DNA from: Planctomycetia bacterium | GTDB lineage: Bacteria; Planctomycetota; Planctomycetia; Gemmatales; Gemmataceae | DNA length: 64,000 nt | Assembly: GCA_005786805.1 (NCBI GenBank) | Contig: SYCV01000057.1 | Span: forward strand, 56,565-120,564 | Reading direction: 5' to 3' | Shown here: piece after piece, positions 57,997 through 64,000 of the stretch | Position numbering within the stretch: position 1 is the first letter of the stretch | How the letters are laid out: every line of letters begins with the position of its first letter | Translations under genes and position numbers: made by a program | The notes under the pieces: generated by a model | What the model was told of the DNA's origin: nothing | Seen by the model: the letters and a program-made list of their open reading frames with translations, nothing else | The model's database searches: none

Positions 57997-58923
57997 TCAG
58001 CTCAGACTTTTTTGCACGACTTCCTTCATTTTCTCAAGCCCTGTTTTTGCAACAACATTAGCATCTTGCATCCAGTATTCCCGGTTGAATAATTCCAAAG
58101 AAAGAAAACCATTGAACCCATTGTTTCTAAGGGTTTTAAGCATCGATGTCAAAGGGGCGACTCCATCACCGGGATAAACCCGGTCCTTATCTTGAATTTC
58201 AGTCGAGTTTAAATTCTTGGGATAGTCATTCATGTGAAAAACTTGGAGAGCACCCGGTCCCAGTTGTTTAAGGCCCTCGAAATCAGATCCACCTTTGAAC
58301 AAATGATATACATCAGCCAGAATGCAGGCGTCCTTATGCTTTGCTTCGATCGCAACCAACGCGACTTCGCCTAATTTGCTAAGATTTTTGGAAAACCCCC
58401 ATAGTTCCACCTGGGGAATCACACCTATGGAACTGGAGGCAACCAGCAAATCGCGGTATCGATTTGCGGCGGCGTATAAATCAATTCCTGGCTTGTTGGT
58501 TGCGCCGGTTGGTGGCGCTGCAAGCCTTTTGCCTCCAAGTTGGGACAAGTTGTCCATGGTTTTTTTTGCAAGTTCAAGTGCTTGTTTTCTTTTGTCATCA
58601 TCATCAACAATCCATTCAAAAAAACCGATGGCGCTTTCCATTGTTAGGCCGCTGTCTTTAATCCGTTTGCCCATGTCCTTGAGATTTCCGCCATCCTTGA
58701 TGAATTGATCGATGTCACTAACCCAGGGTTCGATAGCGTCATATCCAGCCTTTGACGCCACCTCAATCTGGGCTTGGAGAGTTAGTTTTTGGCCCCTGAT
58801 GGTGCTGGTGTTAAACATGAACTTGAAGGGCTTTTTGTTATCCTGAAAAGCAAGGGCATCGGCGCCCGATAATCCCACAACCGCTGCACCAGCGAGAAGA
58901 TTTCTGCGTGACAAGTTATTCAT
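57997..58923 (-). CDS. TAT-exported xylose-isomerase-like TIM-barrel protein (sugar phosphate isomerase/epimerase family)
   Basis: Leader MNNLSRRNLLAGAAVVGLSGADALA. GYDAIEPW, VELWGF and DVYHLF fit AP-endonuclease-2/xylose isomerase-like barrels. Confidence 0.8.
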   Translation of the reverse strand: MNNLSRRNLLAGAAVVGLSGADALAFQDNKKPFKFMFNTSTIRGQKLTLQAQIEVASKAGYDAIEPWVSDIDQFIKDGGNLKDMGKRIKDSGLTMESAIGFFEWIVDDDDKRKQALELAKKTMDNLSQLGGKRLAAPPTGATNKPGIDLYAAANRYRDLLVASSSIGVIPQVELWGFSKNLSKLGEVALVAIEAKHKDACILADVYHLFKGGSDFEGLKQLGPGALQVFHMNDYPKNLNSTEIQDKDRVYPGDGVAPLTSMLKTLRNNGFNGFLSLELFNREYWMQDANVVAKTGLEKMKEVVQKSLS

Positions 58924-58999
58924 TTTTGTCCCTCCAATGTTTCGATTACAAAAGACCAATTATGCACAAACAATTTTAGATAATCCAGTTGAATGGGGG

Positions 59000-59500
59000 T
59001 TATTTCCCTGATGGATCATTGGGTGGGTTTGATGGAGGATGTTTTTGCAACGGGTGGCGTTTTCTTATGGCGTTGATCAGGTCATCAATTTTCGCGAGAA
59101 ACCTCGAGCGGTCCTTTGCTGTCATTGGTGAAGGTCCACCAGTCATCAAATTACTTTGTCTGAGTTCCTCCATGAGACTGCGCATTCCCAAAGCTGAGCC
59201 AATGTCGTTTTCTGTGAACTGTTTTCCCTTTGCATTAAGAACCAAGGCTCCTTTTTCGAGGCAACGGGATGCAAGTGGGATATCCGCGGTAATCACAATG
59301 TCTCCCAATCCTGTATTTTCCGCAATCCAATCGTCGGCAGTGCCAAATCCGGGTCTGACAACGAGATTAAACAGGGGATTAGAGGGAACCCGCATGGATG
59401 AGTTGGCAACTATTTCAACCCGCATGGAGTACCTGCAAGCGACACGGTAGATTTCGTCCTTGACTGGGCAGGCATCAGCATCGATGTAAATTACATGCAT
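59000..59500 (-). CDS. yaiI: YaiI/YqxD-family protein (UPF0178, DUF188)
   Basis: MHVIYIDADACPVKDEIYRVA, GDIVITADIPLASRCLEKGA, NAKG, TGGP..... It aligns along the full length with E. coli YaiI from memory. Confidence 0.85.
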   Translation of the reverse strand: MHVIYIDADACPVKDEIYRVACRYSMRVEIVANSSMRVPSNPLFNLVVRPGFGTADDWIAENTGLGDIVITADIPLASRCLEKGALVLNAKGKQFTENDIGSALGMRSLMEELRQSNLMTGGPSPMTAKDRSRFLAKIDDLINAIRKRHPLQKHPPSNPPNDPSGK

Positions 59501-59713
59501 ACGGCTTAATATATCCCAGTTTCCGTTTAAAAGCCCGATTCCATGGTGAAAATCATTAATGATTTGTCTTTTTTGACTCGATGTTTAAATCCAGGGGAGG
59601 GGAGGTTTTTGTGGTGCTATGCATGATAAAAGGCTGCTTTTGTGTGCTTTAATATTTCCTTTCAGTGTCAAAGAGTGATAAGATTTTCATATTAGCATTC
59701 CTGGAGTGTTGTA

Positions 59714-61039
59714 ATGAGAAACATAGCCTTAAATAGATTTTGCGACGGGATCAGCAGAAGAAATTTTCTTAGGGTTGGTGCATTGGCGCCTTTTGGTGTT
59801 TCCTTGCCCGGTATATTTCAGGCTGAAGCCGCCTCCGGGTTAAAGTCCAATCAGCGTTCAGTGATCATGATTTATTTGTCGGGCGGTATGCCTCATCAAG
59901 ACAGCTTTGATTTGAAACCAAACGCCCCATCAGAAGTCCGGGGTGAATTCAAGCCAATTCCAACAAATGTTTCCGGGATAGAAATTTCAGAACACCTTCC
60001 CAAGCTAGCCGCATGCGCTGACAAGTACATTGTGCTTAGGTCCCTTGTCGGGCAAATTGATGAGCATTCAAGCTTCCAAAGCACCACCGGTTTTCCCATG
60101 TCGGTCACCAAGCGTGACAGTAAACCTCACTTTGGGTCGGTTATCTCCAGGGTGCAGGGCCAGGTTGACCCTTCTGTTCCCGCATTTGTTGATCTATTCC
60201 CAACCATGCAGCACAAACCTTACAACAGCCCCAACGCAGGTTTTCTTGGCAGGGCCGCATCGGGTGTGAGGTTGGATGGTGAAGGCATTGACAACATGAA
60301 GCTTCAAGGATTGTCCGCCAGCCGCTTTGAAGAGAGAAAAACACTTCTGGCCCAAGTTGATTCATTCCGCAGGAATTCAGAAAGGTTGGAAGTTTCTGGT
60401 ATGAACCAGAACTATCAGCGTGCTTTTGAAGTTCTGACTTCCAGCAGGTTGGTGGAAGCGATTGATGTGACAAAAGAACCTGAAACAGTCAGGGAGCGAT
60501 ATGGCAAAGGCTCAAGTAAACATCTTGGAGATGGAGCCCCCCTCTGGAATGACCAACTACTCATGGCTCGTCGTCTTGTCGAAGCAGGGGCGAGATGTGT
60601 GACAGTTGCTTATGGTTTCTGGGATACCCATGGCAATAATTTCAAGCATATGAAGCAGCATTCCCCTACTTTCGACCAAGGGGTTTCAGCTCTAATTGAA
60701 GATATTTATGCCCGGGGAATGGATAAAACCACAACTATTTGTGTTTGGGGTGAGTTTGGAAGAACTCCAAAAATAAACAAGGATGCGGGGAGAGATCATT
60801 GGTCCAGGGTTAATTTTGCGTTGCTTGCGGGAGGTGGCATGAAAACCGGGCAGGTGATTGGGTCAACTGATGCCAGCGCCGGCTCAGCCAAGGATACTCC
60901 CATCAATTATCTTGATGTGCTTGCCACTGTTTATAATAACATGGGAATTGATCCCCACTCAATGGTGGTCGATATAAGCGGTAGGCCCACTCCAATCTTG
61001 CCCAGCACTGTTGCTCCCATTGGAAGAGTATATACTTAG
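59714..61039 (+). CDS. DUF1501 domain-containing protein, TAT-exported (second copy in the window)
   Basis: ISRRNFLRVGALAPFG leader. IYLSGGMPHQDSFDLKP, GFWDTHG, WGEFGRTPKIN, GRDHW. Confidence 0.9.
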   Translation: MRNIALNRFCDGISRRNFLRVGALAPFGVSLPGIFQAEAASGLKSNQRSVIMIYLSGGMPHQDSFDLKPNAPSEVRGEFKPIPTNVSGIEISEHLPKLAACADKYIVLRSLVGQIDEHSSFQSTTGFPMSVTKRDSKPHFGSVISRVQGQVDPSVPAFVDLFPTMQHKPYNSPNAGFLGRAASGVRLDGEGIDNMKLQGLSASRFEERKTLLAQVDSFRRNSERLEVSGMNQNYQRAFEVLTSSRLVEAIDVTKEPETVRERYGKGSSKHLGDGAPLWNDQLLMARRLVEAGARCVTVAYGFWDTHGNNFKHMKQHSPTFDQGVSALIEDIYARGMDKTTTICVWGEFGRTPKINKDAGRDHWSRVNFALLAGGGMKTGQVIGSTDASAGSAKDTPINYLDVLATVYNNMGIDPHSMVVDISGRPTPILPSTVAPIGRVYT

Positions 61040-61052
61040 GGAATTGTTGAAT

Positions 61053-61086
61053 AAAAAAAGCCCGTCATGACTGACGGGCTTTTTTT
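61053..61086. terminator. bidirectional Rho-independent terminator between convergent genes
   Basis: A7 (61053-61059), then an 8-bp stem GCCCGTCA / TGACGGGC (61060-61067 / 61072-61079) with loop TGAC, then T7 (61080-61086). It is symmetrical, so it can serve both the DUF1501 gene (+) and the Gfo/Idh/MocA gene (-). Confidence 0.85.
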
Positions 61087-61097
61087 AGCAATTGTTA

Positions 61098-62252
61098 TTA
61101 TTTGTCTTTCTTGACATTCACCCATTTCTGGGCTTTTGCTGATTCCAAAACCGCATCGCAAATTCTCTGGGTTTCGAGGGCATCCCTGAAAGTGGGGCCA
61201 GCAGGCTTTCCAGTTCCAAGTGAAATCACAAAGTCAGCAACTTCATGAACAAAGCTATGTTCGTAGCCTATCTGTAATCCTGGAACCCACCAGTTACCCA
61301 TGTAAGGGTGGTCGCCATCTGTCACATGAATTGACTTCCATCCCCTTAGAGGGCCTTTGTCGGAGTAATCAAAGTATTGCAACCGATGAAGGTCGTGAAG
61401 GTCCCAGAAAATGGATGCGTTCTCACCATTGATTTCAAAGGTGTAAAGGGCTTTGTGACCACGGGCGTAGCGTGTGGATTCAAAGCTGGCCAAGGATCCG
61501 TTGTCGAAATGCCCCATGAAGGTGCAGGCATCATCAATGTTTACTTTTTCCATTTTGCCTGTCAGGTTATGTTGCCTTTGTTTGACAAAGGTTTCAGTCA
61601 TAGCGTTCACATCATGGATGGATCCATTGAGCCAAATTGCAGTATCAATGCAATGGGCAAGAAGGTCCCCGGTGACCCCACTGCCTGCCGCCTCGGAATC
61701 AAGTCGCCATAATGCCGCACCACCTTGGGGAAGTTCTGGATTAATGGTCCAATCCTGTAGGAATTTGGCCCGATAATGGAATACTTTTCCCAGCCTGCCT
61801 TCATCAATGAGTTTCTTTGCAAAAGTAACCGCGGGAACCCTGCGATAGTTGTACCAAACGATATTTGGGACCCCGGCCTTTTCAACCGCCTCAACCATTT
61901 TCAGCCCTTCCTCACCATTCATGGCCAATGGTTTCTCGCAAAGGATCATTTTTTTGTGGGCTGCGGCATAGAGTGCGATTTCCGCATGAATGTTGTTAGG
62001 GGTGCAAATGTCTATCGCATCAATATCCTTGCGTTCGATAAGCTTGCGCCAATCGGTCTCCACGCTTTCATATCCCCAGTTTTCAGCGAACGACTTAGCC
62101 TTTTCAGCGTTTCTGGCACAAACAGCTTTCAGCACCGGTTTAAAGGGAAGATCAAAAAATAAAGGTGCTTTTACATACCCGTTGGAATGGGCTTTTCCCA
62201 TGAAGCCATACCCAATCATGCCAATATTAAGTGGTTTTTTTGATGAAGCCAT
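61098..62252 (-). CDS. Gfo/Idh/MocA-family NAD(P)-dependent oxidoreductase
   Basis: [19 protein letters not shown] Rossmann start, [10 protein letters not shown], and EKP (LCEKPLA). Confidence 0.88.
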   Translation of the reverse strand: MASSKKPLNIGMIGYGFMGKAHSNGYVKAPLFFDLPFKPVLKAVCARNAEKAKSFAENWGYESVETDWRKLIERKDIDAIDICTPNNIHAEIALYAAAHKKMILCEKPLAMNGEEGLKMVEAVEKAGVPNIVWYNYRRVPAVTFAKKLIDEGRLGKVFHYRAKFLQDWTINPELPQGGAALWRLDSEAAGSGVTGDLLAHCIDTAIWLNGSIHDVNAMTETFVKQRQHNLTGKMEKVNIDDACTFMGHFDNGSLASFESTRYARGHKALYTFEINGENASIFWDLHDLHRLQYFDYSDKGPLRGWKSIHVTDGDHPYMGNWWVPGLQIGYEHSFVHEVADFVISLGTGKPAGPTFRDALETQRICDAVLESAKAQKWVNVKKDK

Positions 62253-62287
62253 GAATATCTCCGGTTACGAATGTTGAAACTTGATTG

Positions 62288-63313
62288 TTAATTGGACCCA
62301 TGTGCGTTACGAACTGCAATCATGGCGGCAAGTATCTTGTTCCAGGTGTCCTGGGTTTCAAGAACTTTATTGGGAAACATACAACCGTCCCAGCAAATAT
62401 GCTTGATGCCGCGTCCAGCATAATCTTTAAGCCAGAATCCGGAAGCCTTGGTGATATCAAGTTTGCCCTTTGGATCGTCAGCAAGGCAATGCCTGCCGGT
62501 CTTATCGTGGGACCCGGTGCCATGAACCGTGCCATCATTCTGCGCGACATGGAAATCAATGGTCCATGGGCGCAGAGCATCGGTCATTTTTGTGTATGCG
62601 GTGTCAAATTGTGCTGGAGAATAACCTTCCTTCAAAAGCGCGTCTTCGGGCGCGTTGTATCCCATCAGGTAAAGATAAGTATGAGCCAAGTCAGCTTGGA
62701 AACCAACGGTGCCAGGCATGCCAGTTTGTTCAAGCAGGTTTACCATGTGTTTCCAAGAATGCATGCCGCCCCAGCAGATTTCGCCCTCCGCGGCAAGTCG
62801 CTCACCGTGTGCAGCGGCAATTATTCCGGCCTCACGGAATGTTTCAGCGATTTTTTTTGTGTTTCCCACTGGATCAGTAGCCCATGAGGAGGGATTGCCG
62901 GCCGCATCAATACGAATGATTCCATATTTTCGAACGCCGTGATCATTAAGAATCCGAGCTATTCTGCAGGCCTTCTTTACCGCAAGGACAAATTTAGCCC
63001 TTTGGTCAGGGCTGCCAAATGATGAGTCACCTACCGTGCCGGGCCACACAGGGGCAACCAATGATCCGACATTGAGGCCTTTGTTTGCGATTTTATCGGC
63101 CATCTTTTTTATATCATCAACGCTAGCATCCGGGTCGGTGTGGGGATGAAAAAGGAAAAGATCAACACCATCAAATTTCTGGCCATTTACCTGGGCTTTC
63201 ACGGTGAAGTCCAGCATGTGATCCAAGTCGATGGGCGGATGATCTGTTCCTGGGTCTTTTCCAACCAAACCCGGCCACATTGCATTATGTAATTTCAGGG
63301 TGTTGACGCTCAT
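62288..63313 (-). CDS. xylose-isomerase-like TIM-barrel protein (sugar phosphate isomerase/epimerase family), cytoplasmic
   Basis: [37 protein letters not shown] and FQADLAHT fit the family. No signal peptide. Confidence 0.75.
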   Translation of the reverse strand: MSVNTLKLHNAMWPGLVGKDPGTDHPPIDLDHMLDFTVKAQVNGQKFDGVDLFLFHPHTDPDASVDDIKKMADKIANKGLNVGSLVAPVWPGTVGDSSFGSPDQRAKFVLAVKKACRIARILNDHGVRKYGIIRIDAAGNPSSWATDPVGNTKKIAETFREAGIIAAAHGERLAAEGEICWGGMHSWKHMVNLLEQTGMPGTVGFQADLAHTYLYLMGYNAPEDALLKEGYSPAQFDTAYTKMTDALRPWTIDFHVAQNDGTVHGTGSHDKTGRHCLADDPKGKLDITKASGFWLKDYAGRGIKHICWDGCMFPNKVLETQDTWNKILAAMIAVRNAHGSN

Positions 63314-63404
63314 TGTTGATCCTCGTTTAACTTAAAATTTCCGCAATAGTTCCAAGCAATGTAATACTGCCTTAATAGCCTAAGGGCAAGCAAATCTAAT
63401 GTCA

Positions 63405-64000
63405 TTATTTTTTTGTATGGAAATGCTCAAAGATGACAGAACCAATTTTCCCGATAAAAATTTCCGCACTGTTATCAGAAGTCCACCTTTTATCGTTGTT
63501 TTCAGATGTCAAAACACAAACTGCCACTGGGCCTCCATCAAAATACAATATTCCGGCATCGGTTCGGGCATCTGACACCGCCCCAACCTTATGAGCTATG
63601 GATTTTAGCTTTCCTGCTAGCTCTCTGGGGAGCATATCCCTGCTTTCGCATTTTTTTAAATGTTCAATCATGAGGGAGCAGGATTTTTCACTTGCAGCCT
63701 TGTTCTTGTGTATCAAATCCAACAATCCAACAGTTTCCCGTGCTGTGGTTGAACCAAGCCCATATTTTTTAGTTCTTTCAGAATCTACCGAGGTGGTGGA
63801 GCCTTTGAAAACTTTCGCATTGATACGGGTGTTTGGGAATCCCATTTGTAAAAGTGTCTGGTTCACTGTTCGAATTCCAATGTGGTCCAAAACAAGGTTC
63901 GTTGCCGTGTTGTCTGAGTAAGCGATCATCAACCTTATGGCGTCTTTGAGAGGAAAACAGGCTCCTTCTGTGAAATTACCTGTCAAAATGCCGCTTCCGG
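63405..64000 (-). CDS. class A beta-lactamase-like serine hydrolase, N-terminus beyond the window edge
   Basis: The frame stays open to nt 64000. SDN motif (AYSDNTATN), omega-loop-like region, KxG-like triad (HKVGAVS) and a following DAGILY. Confidence 0.7.
   Translation of the reverse strand, partial: GSGILTGNFTEGACFPLKDAIRLMIAYSDNTATNLVLDHIGIRTVNQTLLQMGFPNTRINAKVFKGSTTSVDSERTKKYGLGSTTARETVGLLDLIHKNKAASEKSCSLMIEHLKKCESRDMLPRELAGKLKSIAHKVGAVSDARTDAGILYFDGGPVAVCVLTSENNDKRWTSDNSAEIFIGKIGSVIFEHFHTKK

Noticed and set aside
58989-59450. 153-aa plus-strand ORF
   Set aside because: It is antisense to yaiI, whose product aligns end to end with E. coli YaiI.
62285-62887. 200-aa plus-strand ORF
   Set aside because: It is entirely antisense to the xylose-isomerase-like TIM-barrel gene (62288-63313), which has family-typical motifs and sits in operon position with the Gfo/Idh/MocA gene.
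1-64000. Scan for CRISPR arrays, tRNA/rRNA genes, IS elements, integrases, reverse transcriptases and prophage blocks
   Set aside because: I saw no regularly spaced direct repeats, tRNA-like cloverleaf candidates in the intergenic gaps, transposase/integrase/RT (YADD) motifs or terminal inverted repeats. The window looks like core chromosome.

Overview
64-kb chromosomal segment with about 58 protein-coding genes. I found no rRNA, tRNA, CRISPR array, transposase or integrase. The gene content suggests a Planctomycetota-like genome (inference). Supporting features are two TAT-signal DUF1501 proteins, an FG-GAP exoprotein with an N-terminal 'LE..LE.R' leader, Gfo/Idh/MocA plus xylose-isomerase-like TIM-barrel genes, and a membrane-anchored Ser/Thr-kinase-like protein. 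A long same-strand housekeeping block runs rplY-pth-rpsF-ssb-rplI-dnaB-ispF-cysS-ruvC-ruvA-ruvB (16.8-25.4 kb). Other recognisable genes are dinG (5'-truncated at the window edge), glycerate kinase, a PEP-mutase/isocitrate-lyase family gene, apbC/mrp plus DUF971, fabZ, trmB, moaA/moaE/moaD behind a YdiJ-like FAD/Fe-S oxidoreductase, ilvN, zwf, folC, smc and yaiI. All functional calls come from reading motifs by eye in the supplied translations; no searches were run. Best candidates for something undescribed, in order: (1) a two-gene operon at 44.4-47.4 kb, a 243-aa protein plus a 748-aa P-loop NTPase with a very long Walker A-B spacer and an unassignable C-terminal domain. (2) A FlgI (flagellar P-ring)-like protein with a possible lipobox, split by a HEAT-repeat insertion and lying outside any flagellar cluster (55.7-57.6 kb). 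(3) A translationally coupled periplasmic-binding-protein / histidine kinase / LOG operon with no response regulator (40.3-44.1 kb). (4) An ExeA-like AAA+ ATPase paired with a BY-kinase/MinD-like protein lacking Walker A (14.8-16.7 kb). (5) A GC-rich structured element with its own strong terminator in an otherwise empty 417-bp gap (6.5-6.9 kb), a candidate sRNA. Several proteins appear to be catalytically dead versions of enzyme folds (kinase, sulfatase, aminotransferase, BY-kinase).
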